Assembly (NCBI GenBank): GCA_004556965.1
Contig: SFFE01000008.1
Location: 10,077-74,076, forward strand
DNA length: 64,000 nt
From: Clostridiales bacterium
Lineage (GTDB): Bacteria > Bacillota > Clostridia > Oscillospirales > Oscillospiraceae
Direction: 5' to 3'
This document shows, piece by piece, positions 1 to 9,437 of the stretch (positions are counted from its first letter, which is position 1; the number at the start of each line of letters is the position of its first letter). Under the pieces are notes generated by a model, which saw only the letters and a program-made list of their open reading frames with translations, was not told where the DNA came from and ran no database searches. A program made the position numbers and the translations under genes.

Positions 1-2
1 TG

Positions 3-821
3 TATGTATCCGGAAAGATCGTTAAGGATACTCGGCCTGTCTCTATTGGAAATGCAGATATCTATCCAATTCCATTCTTCAATCGGGACGAAGTCATTGC
101 CTTCTACCCAGATAAGAAATCTGAAATCCCCTCACAAGAGGCGGCTACAAAAGTTCTCTGTGACCACATCCGAGAGTCGATGGATCCCTCACGGGTAAAC
201 ATCATCGTCTCACATGCGTTTATCACTTCGGCAGAACTCTCGGATTCAGATCGCGCAGCTCAGGTCGGGCAAGCGACTTCTGTATCTAAAGATGTTTTTG
301 ACGGGTTCGACTACGTCGCACTCGGACATATCCACAAGCCACAGGCAATCACGGAAACGATAAGATATTCCGGTTCCCCTATCAAGTATTCCTTCGGTGC
401 TGAGGAAACTCAGGTCAAACAGGTTCTTATATACGATACGAACTCAAAAGAGATCACATCGGTCGCACTCAATATGCTTCATGACAGGAAGAGTCTTTCC
501 GGGACTTATGAAGAAATCAGTGTAATGGACAGTATTGAGAACTGCTACCTGAAGGTCACTGTTACAGACAGAATCGCCAGTTTGGAACTGCTTTCAGAAC
601 TCAGGGAAAAGTTTCCATGTATCCTGGAACTCTATGGAATGGCTTATGAAGGTTCGGGTGCTGAGACAAGCATCACGATTGACGAGCTTACCAAGCTCGA
701 TGAGACGGATATTATGATACGCTTTCTTGAGGAGCAGTATCATTTCACCCCGAGCAAGGATCAGATCAATCTCTACAAAGAAGTAGTAAAGAGCATTGGA
801 GAGGAGGCGGACTTGGGATGA
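3..821 (+). CDS. sbcD: SbcD/Mre11-family nuclease, C-terminal part (5' end upstream of window)
   Basis: Frame 3 is open from nt 3 into ORF 180..821. DYVALGHIHKPQ phosphoesterase block. ATGA overlap with the downstream sbcC start. Confidence 0.85.
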   Translation, partial: YVSGKIVKDTRPVSIGNADIYPIPFFNRDEVIAFYPDKKSEIPSQEAATKVLCDHIRESMDPSRVNIIVSHAFITSAELSDSDRAAQVGQATSVSKDVFDGFDYVALGHIHKPQAITETIRYSGSPIKYSFGAEETQVKQVLIYDTNSKEITSVALNMLHDRKSLSGTYEEISVMDSIENCYLKVTVTDRIASLELLSELREKFPCILELYGMAYEGSGAETSITIDELTKLDETDIMIRFLEEQYHFTPSKDQINLYKEVVKSIGEEADLG

Positions 822-3475
822 AACCGATCTCTGTACGATTCAAATGCTTCGGTCCTTATATGGAAGAACAGACTGTAGATTTCGAGAAACTTAGCAACAA
901 TGGGATATTCCTTATTTGTGGAGAAACTGGATCAGGTAAAACCACCATCCTAGACGCGATCTGCTATGCTCTGTTTGGCAAATCCAGCGGTGGTCTCCGG
1001 CAGGGAATCGAAGTGATGCGCTGTAAATCGGCAAAAAAGGCGGATAAGACCATTGTAGAATACATTTTTGAATGCAATGGAAACAGATACAGATTCCATC
1101 GTGAGTTGAGGTATGGCACGAAGAATCTGATAGAGGAAGATGGGTGTGAGATACTCCAAAATGACGAGTTTGTACCCATATTTCAGAATCCGAAGGCGAC
1201 CGTTGTAAACAAAAAAGCCGAGGAAATCCTCGGCCTCACGTATGATCAGTTCTGCCAGGTCGTTATGCTCCCCCAGGGTAAATTCGAAAGATTGCTTGTT
1301 TCCAATTCAGAGGAGAAGGAAAAAATCCTTACTAGCCTTTTTCACGCAGACAAGTGGAATTACATTGTCCTTGGTGTAAAGGCAAAAGTTGACGAGAAAA
1401 CTAAGCGTCTGGAAAAAGAACTGGCAGATATACAAGGCCAGTTGCGTGTTTACGCATGCACTTCTGTCGATGAGTTGAAAGAAAGAATCGCTGCTTTGGA
1501 AGAAGAGGTTGATTCTCTCACAACGGATGTTCAGAATGCAGAACAGCTCAAGCTACAAACGACAAAGGCTTACGAAGACGCCATAAAAGACAATGAGGTT
1601 TTCACTGCGCTGGAAGACTGCCGCAAAAAATTAGAATCGTTCAAACAGCAGGCAGAAGAGTTTAGTCGTAGACGAAACTCTTTGAAGCTGTCTGAAGCAG
1701 CAGATGCCATCCGGGAGATATATACAGCATATTCCGGTGAAAAAGATAATGCTGATACTGCCAAGCAGGATTTAGAAGATGCAGAGGTTGCCCTGTCTGA
1801 AGCCGAGAGATCGGATAAAGCCGCTCGAAAGGCAAAAGAACTGCATGATGCCGGTAGGGCTTCCTATGAAGCAGATAAAGAATCTCTCATCAGGCTCAAG
1901 GACGCTAGAGGGGTTTATGCCGGAATAGGCGAAAAGAAAAAAGCGGCGGAGGATGCCGCTAAAGAGGAAAAGAAAAAGAAAAAAAAGGCCGATGACGCAA
2001 AAAAAGCGTATGAAACTGCTCGTGGTCAATGGGAGAAAGCCAAGACGGCAAACGATGATGCTGTTGGAGCCTACCTTGATGTAAGCAAGAAGTATGCGGC
2101 AAACATTGCAGGGAACTTAGCTTCTAAGCTTGAGGATGGAACCCCATGCCCTGTCTGCGGAAGCACACAGCATCCTGCTCCAGCAGTGCTTCCTGAAGGT
2201 GTTTCGGTATCCGAGGATGATGTAGAAACCGCCAACCAAGCAATGCAGAACACAAGTGAGACGCTCACTACTGCTAAGACTGTGATGGATGATGCGGAGG
2301 GCAAAAACTCGAATGCTGCAGAGGCCTTTGCTGCAGCCCAAAGTGCCCTGATCGCCGCAAAGACTGCATATGAGCTTTCGCTTGAGAACACTTTCGAGGG
2401 TATCGATGATTCGAAATCTTTGGAAGCTGAGATCAAAAAGGTTGAGGGCAGAATATCTGCCTTTGAGCAGGCAGAAAAAACCGTAGCAGACGGCATCAAC
2501 GCTGCTACATCCGCGCTTAGTGCTGCAAAGCAGCGAAAAACTGATGCTCTCTCAAAAGAGTCATCTGCGAGAGAGAAGATGGTCGCTGAAGCCAAAAAGT
2601 GGGCCGCGGCGCTCGCTAAAAAAGGTTTCTCGGATGAAGCGGCGTTTGTGGCCTCATTGAAGGACAAAGAAATCCTTGTTTCGGAGCGAAGTGCGATTGC
2701 AACCTATGATGCTGATCTAAGAACCGCACAAAAGGCCTTTGATGAACAGCAAAAGAAGACCGATGGCCTCGTAGCCCCGGAAATGAAGGCATTGCAGGAT
2801 GCTAAAACGCACGCTGAGAGTGCCTGGAAAGAGGAAAATGATACTCTCACCACTGCTTCTCAAAAATCAAAGGATATGCAGAAGCTGTATGAGTCACTTT
2901 CTAAGCGCTGGGAGAAGTATCAGGTTGAAAAAACAATTGCCGATTCAAATACCGATTTTGCGAGAAAACTTAACTCCAGCACGGGACTGAGTCTGCAGCG
3001 ATATGTGCTTGGAATCATGTTAACATCCATCACAGTCGCGGCGAATCAACTCTTAAAGACTGTCCGCGGTGGCAGATACCAGCTTTATAGACGCTATGAG
3101 TCATCCGGCAGAGCCCTCAAAGCAGGTCTTGAGCTTGACGTGTTGGATACAAGTAACGGTGAAAAGCGAAGTGTTACAACGCTTTCTGGTGGAGAAAAGT
3201 TCCTCCTGGCTTTGAGCCTTGCCATTGGTCTATCGACTGTTGTGCAAGCACAGAGCGGCGGTACAAGACTGGACGCAATGTTCATCGATGAAGGCTTTGG
3301 ATCCCTTGATTCTGAATGCATTAATGACGCTATGAGTATTCTCCAGGGCATTCAGAAAAGCCATGGTTTAGTTGGAATCATCTCCCACGTTGAGAAACTA
3401 TCTGAGATCATTCCGACAAGGCTTGAAGTCGTTACTTCGGCCGATGGAAACCACATCAAGCCTATAATTGCCTGA
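818..3475 (+). CDS. sbcC: SbcC/Rad50-family ATPase
   Basis: 885 aa. N-terminal Walker A GETGSGKTT, long central coiled coil with CPVCG zinc-hook-like motif, C-terminal LSGGEKF signature and DEGFGSLD Walker B. Confidence 0.88.
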   Translation: MKPISVRFKCFGPYMEEQTVDFEKLSNNGIFLICGETGSGKTTILDAICYALFGKSSGGLRQGIEVMRCKSAKKADKTIVEYIFECNGNRYRFHRELRYGTKNLIEEDGCEILQNDEFVPIFQNPKATVVNKKAEEILGLTYDQFCQVVMLPQGKFERLLVSNSEEKEKILTSLFHADKWNYIVLGVKAKVDEKTKRLEKELADIQGQLRVYACTSVDELKERIAALEEEVDSLTTDVQNAEQLKLQTTKAYEDAIKDNEVFTALEDCRKKLESFKQQAEEFSRRRNSLKLSEAADAIREIYTAYSGEKDNADTAKQDLEDAEVALSEAERSDKAARKAKELHDAGRASYEADKESLIRLKDARGVYAGIGEKKKAAEDAAKEEKKKKKKADDAKKAYETARGQWEKAKTANDDAVGAYLDVSKKYAANIAGNLASKLEDGTPCPVCGSTQHPAPAVLPEGVSVSEDDVETANQAMQNTSETLTTAKTVMDDAEGKNSNAAEAFAAAQSALIAAKTAYELSLENTFEGIDDSKSLEAEIKKVEGRISAFEQAEKTVADGINAATSALSAAKQRKTDALSKESSAREKMVAEAKKWAAALAKKGFSDEAAFVASLKDKEILVSERSAIATYDADLRTAQKAFDEQQKKTDGLVAPEMKALQDAKTHAESAWKEENDTLTTASQKSKDMQKLYESLSKRWEKYQVEKTIADSNTDFARKLNSSTGLSLQRYVLGIMLTSITVAANQLLKTVRGGRYQLYRRYESSGRALKAGLELDVLDTSNGEKRSVTTLSGGEKFLLALSLAIGLSTVVQAQSGGTRLDAMFIDEGFGSLDSECINDAMSILQGIQKSHGLVGIISHVEKLSEIIPTRLEVVTSADGNHIKPIIA

Positions 3476-3959
3476 CAGCTTGATAACGCATCTGAGCAAG
3501 AACGTGTTTAGTTGTTTCTATATTTTCAATGCCGGAGAATCAGGCATTTCTACAGGAAAAAAAGAATTAAAAAGGCTTATCACATTGACGAAGGAAACCG
3601 ATTCGGCTTATTTGGAAAAGCGAAACATTCCGGAAACTATGCCCCGACCGGTGCATATGATTTCTCCGAGTGGAAGGACTGCTTTGACGATGATATCTGA
3701 TCAATATACGAGCACCTTCATGAAGACTTGCTGTACACGAACGAGAAGCAAGAATTTGCAGTTGCTGTACAGACCTTCGAAAAAATCAGCGCACTGTTTG
3801 CCGATATTGGAGAATAAACCATTAAAGACTTTTAATGAGGCCGCATTGGGGCTGTCCCCGATGCGGCCTCGTGCTATATAATCCCCATGAAGGAGGTGAT
3901 GCCTATGATTGTCCTTGCCTGATTTGGAAATCAAATAAAGATAAAGGAGGAAAAATACC

Positions 3960-5441
3960 ATGATTTCCAAAGACCAGTTTTTAGAGCTAAAGCACCTGAA
4001 ATCACTGGGTGTACCCACAACGACGATCGCAAAGAAAATCGGAATATCCGTGCCGAACGCCAACAAGTGGCTGCGGCTGGACGAGGAAGCCTTCGAGAAT
4101 TACCTACGGAACAACACGCCGTATCTCGAACAGTACCGCGCCTTCATCATCAGCATCCTGAAAATCTGCCCACAGACGCCGGCAACCAATATCATGTATC
4201 GGATCAAGGACCAGTTTCCGGACTTCAACTGCAAGAAAACGACCTTCTTCAGATACGTGAAAGATCTGCGGGAGCAGACCGGCTACATTAAGCCATCGGA
4301 ACGTCCCACATCCTTCCGCGAGGAAACCCCGCCGGGCTATGAGGCGCAAGTGGACTTCGGGCAGTTCAAAATGAAGGACATGTACGACCGCAACATCCGT
4401 GTGTACTTCTTCTGCATGGTGCTGTCATACAGTCGGATGCGCTTCGTGTATTTCAGCCGTGAACCTTTCCGTACAAAGACCGCCCTTGACGCCCACAAGT
4501 TTGCCTTCCGGTATTTTGGCGGCAGAACACAGACAATCCTATATGACCAGGATAGGCTGTTTGTTATCAGCGAAAAGTACGGCAATATCATACTGGTGCC
4601 GGAGTTTGAAGACTTTGTACGTAAGGCCGGTTTTAGCGTTGTACTCTGCCACAAGAGCGACCCGCAGACGAAAGGCAAGGTTGAGAGCTTCGTTCGCTAT
4701 GTAAAAGAAGGCTTTTTGCAGGGCAGGCTGTATACCGGTATAGATTCCTTGAACAGCGCGGCATTGGAGTGGCTGGATAAGGAGTGCAACGGGACTACCC
4801 ATGAGCGCACACGGAAAGCGCCGAGGGAATTGTTCCGGGAGGAATCCAAACATCTGACCAAAGTACAGACCGAGGATACTGAGGTGGCGATCCGCGCGGT
4901 ATCGGACAAGCACGCTGTTATATACGATTGGAGCAAATATGAGCTGCCACATTCCCGTGTGAAACAGTATGACACGATACGCATAGAAGAAAACGACGGC
5001 CTGCTTATGTTCTACAAAGCAGACACCGGCGAGCTGATCCACAAGTGCCGCAAATCCGCTGAAGAAGGCGGAGACATTCCATACAAAGACGATGCAATAG
5101 ACATGGAAACGGTTGGAGAAAACGCATTGCGCCGTGTATTCGATGATGTGGAAGACATCGAGAGTTTCATCGCCATGCTCCGTGAACAGAACGGCAGGTA
5201 TGCAAATTCACAGATGAACAAAATAGTCTCGTTGGCGAAGGTATACACCGTCGATCAAGTGGAATCTGCCATACTGTATTGTATCAGGGTGAAGAAATGC
5301 TCACTCAATGAGGTTCAGGCATATTTGCTTTACCGCTACGGCCTCGGCATGGCGAAACGAAAGATGACGGAAAGCACGTTTTATCACTGCAAAAAGCGTG
5401 CGGAAGAAATTGCGGAGGAACAGAATGGCAGACTTGATTGA
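3960..5441 (+). CDS. istA: IS21-family transposase IstA
   Basis: 493 aa with N-terminal HTH and a DDE-type integrase core (YEAQVDFG...). AGGAGG RBS upstream. Followed by an overlapping istB. Confidence 0.85.
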   Translation: MISKDQFLELKHLKSLGVPTTTIAKKIGISVPNANKWLRLDEEAFENYLRNNTPYLEQYRAFIISILKICPQTPATNIMYRIKDQFPDFNCKKTTFFRYVKDLREQTGYIKPSERPTSFREETPPGYEAQVDFGQFKMKDMYDRNIRVYFFCMVLSYSRMRFVYFSREPFRTKTALDAHKFAFRYFGGRTQTILYDQDRLFVISEKYGNIILVPEFEDFVRKAGFSVVLCHKSDPQTKGKVESFVRYVKEGFLQGRLYTGIDSLNSAALEWLDKECNGTTHERTRKAPRELFREESKHLTKVQTEDTEVAIRAVSDKHAVIYDWSKYELPHSRVKQYDTIRIEENDGLLMFYKADTGELIHKCRKSAEEGGDIPYKDDAIDMETVGENALRRVFDDVEDIESFIAMLREQNGRYANSQMNKIVSLAKVYTVDQVESAILYCIRVKKCSLNEVQAYLLYRYGLGMAKRKMTESTFYHCKKRAEEIAEEQNGRLD

Positions 5442-6102
5442 ACTATACGAAAAAGCACGGCTGCTGAACCTACAAAACCTCGCACACGGAAAGATCGACC
5501 TGAATCAAGAGACTGTGTCCAACATAGATTATCTGGATTACATCCTGAGTCAGGAACTGGAGCTGCGCAGACAGGCAGCCATAAAGCGTCACACCAATGC
5601 AAGCAGATTGCCGAAAAAGGATTTCAATCCGTCGAGGCTCAAGCCCGGTATCGCGTGGCAGGTGGAGCAACTCGAAAACATGCAGTGGATCGACGAAGGG
5701 CAGAACCTTGTTATCATCGGGAAATGCGATACAGGAAAAACCACACTGGCAGCGCATATAGGCCAGATCGCCCTGCGGAAGAAAGAGACTGTCTATTACT
5801 GCAACATCGAAGAATTCCTGCGCGTCATCAAGAACAAGGACAAGTCCCGCAAAACGGAGATCATATACCGTTATATGCTGGACTGCTCAGTCATTATCAT
5901 CGACGATGTAATGTATGCCAACATCATGCCGGAGGACTTACCGCTATTTTACCGTGCAGTCAGCTTCCTCAATGAAGAACGAAGCCTTATTATCATTACG
6001 AACCGCGAACTGTCCGGCTGGATCAACGCGGCGGAAGACACACATCTGATGCAGACCTTAGTGGATCGCATAACAGCAAACAGCCAGATCGTCAGGCTGT
6101 AA
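5425..6102 (+). CDS. istB: IS21-family ATP-binding helper IstB
   Basis: Walker A GKCDTGKTT and Walker B IIIDDV. GGAGGAACAGA RBS before the ATG at 5425. Overlaps the istA 3' end. Confidence 0.85.
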   Translation: MADLIELYEKARLLNLQNLAHGKIDLNQETVSNIDYLDYILSQELELRRQAAIKRHTNASRLPKKDFNPSRLKPGIAWQVEQLENMQWIDEGQNLVIIGKCDTGKTTLAAHIGQIALRKKETVYYCNIEEFLRVIKNKDKSRKTEIIYRYMLDCSVIIIDDVMYANIMPEDLPLFYRAVSFLNEERSLIIITNRELSGWINAAEDTHLMQTLVDRITANSQIVRL

Positions 6103-6275
6103 ACAAAACGGAGCTAAAGTGTCCGTTGGCCAAATAAGAATGAACGAATAAACTTGAAAACAATATCTTCGAATGAAGATTGAAAATATAGGGGTATAAC
6201 CATTCCCAATGATTTTTGAAAACCCTTAACTTATCCGTAACGTTTTAGCCAGGGGGTAGGGGGATGTAAATCTCC

Positions 6276-6875
6276 ATGCCTTTTCTATGTGGGAACGGCG
6301 CGGGGTCATTTACGAAAAATCGGGAAATCAAGAGATGGGGCTGCGCAAACCGCATCGTAAACGGAAGAGCAGTATGCGATAGTCATCATGTAAACGAAGA
6401 CGTCCTGTATGCCACCTACCACGCAGCCGTGGAAGCCATGATTGAGGATGCCGGAGCGCTCCTTGAAGTGATCCAGACTGAGACTGAGGTGGAGATGCAG
6501 CCCCGCAACAAAGCGGCAATGGACGAAGTGGAGCGGCAGATTATCGAGCTACAGGAGCGGGTGCTCGACCTGCACAAGCAGAAACGGGCGATGAAAATCA
6601 GCGACGCCTACTACAACGCGCAGGTAAACGACTACAGCCAGCAGCTCGGAGCGCTGGAGTCCCGGAAGCAGGCTCTCCAGACAGCGGACGCCCGGTATGC
6701 CACAGTGAGGATGTGGCTGGCAGACTTCCGGCAGCACATGCAGGAAGGCGACGCCACCGACGACAGGGACGGCAGCATCATGAAGACGCTGGTCGAGGCC
6801 ATCATCGTGTGGGACGACCGCATCGAGGTGCGCTTCAAGTGCGGAGCCACGGTTGAGCAGAAATATGTAGAATGA
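6276..6875 (+). pseudogene. C-terminal fragment of a large serine recombinase (second half of zinc ribbon plus coiled coil); catalytic domain missing
   Basis: The W-C-x8-G-x3-C ribbon half followed by a coiled-coil region resembles TnpX/TndX-type recombinase C-termini. The frame is closed by TAA 6 nt upstream, directly at the IS21 edge. Confidence 0.65.
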
Positions 6876-7097
6876 ACGACGCCCTCGGCAGCCGGAGCAA
6901 TAAACCGGCAGCCGAGGGTGTTTTTTCGTTGTGTTTGAGATTTTGTAGATGTTTTCAGCGTTTACCCGTGGTACAGGCCACAGCCGGAACCGGCAGCTCA
7001 AAGCGCATTTCCGACAAATATCCATCGACTTTGAACCCGTACTTGAACCCGACGCAGCAGCATGGTACAATACCGGCAGCGGAAGGACGGTGGCACG

Positions 7098-7277
7098 ATG
7101 GACACAACGAACCAAGCGGCGTGGGAGACTCTGACCCCGGAGGAAAAGCGCAGGGCTCTCTACGACCGGCAGGTGGCCACCCTGAAGACCTTCCATGAAC
7201 ACGGCGTGATCACGCAGGCGCAACACGACAAGAGTCTGCACGACCTGACCGTGAAGATGGGCTACGCAGACGAATAA
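7098..7277 (+). CDS. small hypothetical protein of the kind found downstream of serine recombinases in Firmicutes mobile elements
   Basis: 59-aa ORF with a GGAAGGA RBS. Assignment is by position only. Confidence 0.45.
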   Translation: MDTTNQAAWETLTPEEKRRALYDRQVATLKTFHEHGVITQAQHDKSLHDLTVKMGYADE

Positions 7278-7870
7278 AGGCTTTTACTGGTGTACTTTTG
7301 GGGCAAATTACCTACCCCTACGCACCGTTTGGGGCAAATACAGCATGATAAATGCCGAATTTGTCTACCAGACAGATCCGGCATTTTTCATGTTTATGGA
7401 GGCTAAATACCTGGTTTCCCTGTAATATCAACGAAAAGTTACTCCCGCACTGTCAAAAAGAACGTGCGGGAGCTCTTTTTATGGTCAAATAGTTCAGATT
7501 TTTTAGGCACCTTTTGGTTCATAATAGCTCTGCAGAAGTCTCGCTTTAAGTAAGAGGCAGAAGGCTTCGAACCCATAAATGCCGTTAGACGAATCAACAT
7601 ATGCTCTGATAATGTGCATGAAAGTAAGGCGTTTTATTTTTCAGTCAGTTTTATCAAAAAGCCTGGTTTGCGGCTGCTAGCACCGAATATTGAGGCGGCG
7701 ATTGCAAGAGGAGTGCTGGATCTCCTCAGCGACTGTACGCCGACCGAGTTCATTATTCTGTATGAGAACATGGCTTCGCTGAAGAAGCTGCTCCGCGACC
7801 ACGTGTAAAAGCAACAGCCGGTGATAGGCCCAAAGGCTTATCACCGGCTATGTTTATAACGCTAGGGTTA

Positions 7871-8452
7871 TTATGATTGTGTCAGATTTCCAAGATATCC
7901 GATGATGTTGTCGCTGATCTCGCCGGTCAGCGCACCATTGTAGTTGCAGATAAAGGTCCCGGCAATGAGGATCATCATCGCCTCGGCCTCGCGGTGCCCG
8001 ACCTCCGGACCGTAAATTGCCACGAGACACTGCTCCATGGTCTCGCGCCACTCGCGAAACTCTCCTTTGACCAGATCCGCGACCGCGTCGCTGTAGTGCG
8101 CCAGCACATAGGTCTGGGTCGTGGCGTTGGGACGCTTCTCCTCGGGATCGCCCTTGGCCACATAGGCCATGAAAGCGTTCATGTAGGCGAGGTTACTCTC
8201 ATAGTCAGCGCGCGGATGTGTCGCAAACCAGGCCTTGCATTTCTCGGTCATATAGTCCTTGGTATAGCGCAGATAGCTCACGACCAGATCGTCCCGGCTT
8301 TCAAAATAGTGCAGGAGCTTGGGATGCGACATCCCGGCCTCCTCCGCAATATCCCGCAGGGTGATCTTCGTCATGGGCTTTTTCTCGATGCAGCGTTCAA
8401 AGGCCATCAGGATCTCCATCCGGACGGCTTCTTTATCAACGATCAAAGGCAT
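7871..8452 (-). CDS. TetR/AcrR-family transcriptional regulator
   Basis: N-terminal HTH block ITLRDIAEEAGMSHPKLLHYF. 193 aa. Last gene of the minus-strand metal cassette. Confidence 0.85.
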   Translation of the reverse strand: MPLIVDKEAVRMEILMAFERCIEKKPMTKITLRDIAEEAGMSHPKLLHYFESRDDLVVSYLRYTKDYMTEKCKAWFATHPRADYESNLAYMNAFMAYVAKGDPEEKRPNATTQTYVLAHYSDAVADLVKGEFREWRETMEQCLVAIYGPEVGHREAEAMMILIAGTFICNYNGALTGEISDNIIGYLGNLTQS

Positions 8453-8486
8453 AGGAATCCCTCGCTTTCGGGAGAATTATAACGAA

Positions 8487-9437
8487 TTATCCGCGCAAAA
8501 GCAAGAGACCGCCGATCAGCATTTTCAGTCCCATGGACGTGACAAGTACAGCGCCGAGCTTGCGCAGATATTTTGTCCAGCCGCGCGGCAGCAGAGCGCC
8601 CAGCGAGGCAAAAAGAAGCATCAGCGGTACGGTGCCCAGCCCGAAGGCGAGCATCAGGAGAGCGCCGTTTCCTGCTCTGCCGGAGGACATGACGCAGAGC
8701 CAAGCGGCGTATAGAGCGCCGCACGGCATGAGGCCGGTCAGCAGACCGACCAGCAGCGGCATTTGACGCTGGAGATTGTCGGGCAGGCGGCAGGCTGCGT
8801 TCTGTTCCCCGGGGAGGGAGGGGAGCGCAGGCAGCAGACCCCACATATTTAAGCCCAGCAGGGCAACAACGAGTCCCAGCATGGTGAAAAGCATTGACTT
8901 CATGCTGAGCGTATACGTCAGCACTGTGCCCAGTGCGCCGAACACGGCGCCAAGCGCCGTGTAAGAGGCTGCGCGCCCGCCGTTGTAAGCGAGCGCCGCG
9001 CCGAACAGCGCCTTTTGTCCTTCGCGTCCGCGGCAGGCGGAGAGTAAAATGCCGCCGCACATGCCGAGACAGTGGGGACTGGTCGAGAGACCGACCAGAA
9101 ACAGCGCGCCGAAGCTTGCGCCGCCGATCTCGGGCGAAGCCCCGCCCCAACGTAGCAGCAGCCAGACCAGCAGGACAGTAAGGGCAGCACAGCCCAAGTC
9201 CAGGAAACGCTCGGTACGGCTGCGTTCTCCGGTCTCATAACCGAGTGACTTGATCCGCTTCTCCAGTTCATCCAGCGTGACAAGCGCGGAATCATAGCTG
9301 ATTTCAGCCAGTGCCTTGCGGTAGCTGACGGTCGCTTTGACAACTCCCTTAGTCCGCAGCAGCATCCCGGATACCTCGTCGGTGCAGCTACGGCAGATCA
9401 TGCCGCGGATCCTGATTTCACAGCGTTCTGGTTTCAT
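8487..9437 (-). CDS. HMA (CxxC) metal-binding domain fused to a multi-pass TauE/DsbD_2-like membrane protein
   Basis: N-terminal GMICRSC ferredoxin-like HMA motif followed by about 6-7 hydrophobic helices. Overlaps the ATPase stop by 20 nt. Confidence 0.75.
   Translation of the reverse strand: MKPERCEIRIRGMICRSCTDEVSGMLLRTKGVVKATVSYRKALAEISYDSALVTLDELEKRIKSLGYETGERSRTERFLDLGCAALTVLLVWLLLRWGGASPEIGGASFGALFLVGLSTSPHCLGMCGGILLSACRGREGQKALFGAALAYNGGRAASYTALGAVFGALGTVLTYTLSMKSMLFTMLGLVVALLGLNMWGLLPALPSLPGEQNAACRLPDNLQRQMPLLVGLLTGLMPCGALYAAWLCVMSSGRAGNGALLMLAFGLGTVPLMLLFASLGALLPRGWTKYLRKLGAVLVTSMGLKMLIGGLLLLRG

Larger units (their letters stand above)
3890..6270 (+). mobile_element. IS21-family insertion sequence (istA-istB); ends approximate, terminal inverted repeats not resolved
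   Basis: Overlapping istA/istB gene pair typical of IS21. The right edge abuts a 5'-truncated recombinase ORF that opens just after a TAA at 6267-6269. Confidence 0.7.

Noticed and set aside
3512-3817. ORF downstream of sbcC interrupted by an in-frame TGA at 3698-3700 (...EWKDCFDDDI*SIYEHLHEDLL...), followed by a perfect 10-bp hairpin at 3837-3870.
   Set aside because: It could be a decayed gene or a read-through or selenocysteine-type event. I recognise no family, no SECIS-like element was evident, and the start is unclear. It is too weak to report as a feature.
3890-6270. Attempt to define the IS21 terminal inverted repeats and target-site duplication.
   Set aside because: By eye I found only weak, partly direct similarity (TGTCCTTGCC...AAATAA at about 3910 versus TGTCCGTTGGCCAAATAAG at about 6120) and no convincing inverted termini. 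The boundaries are left approximate.
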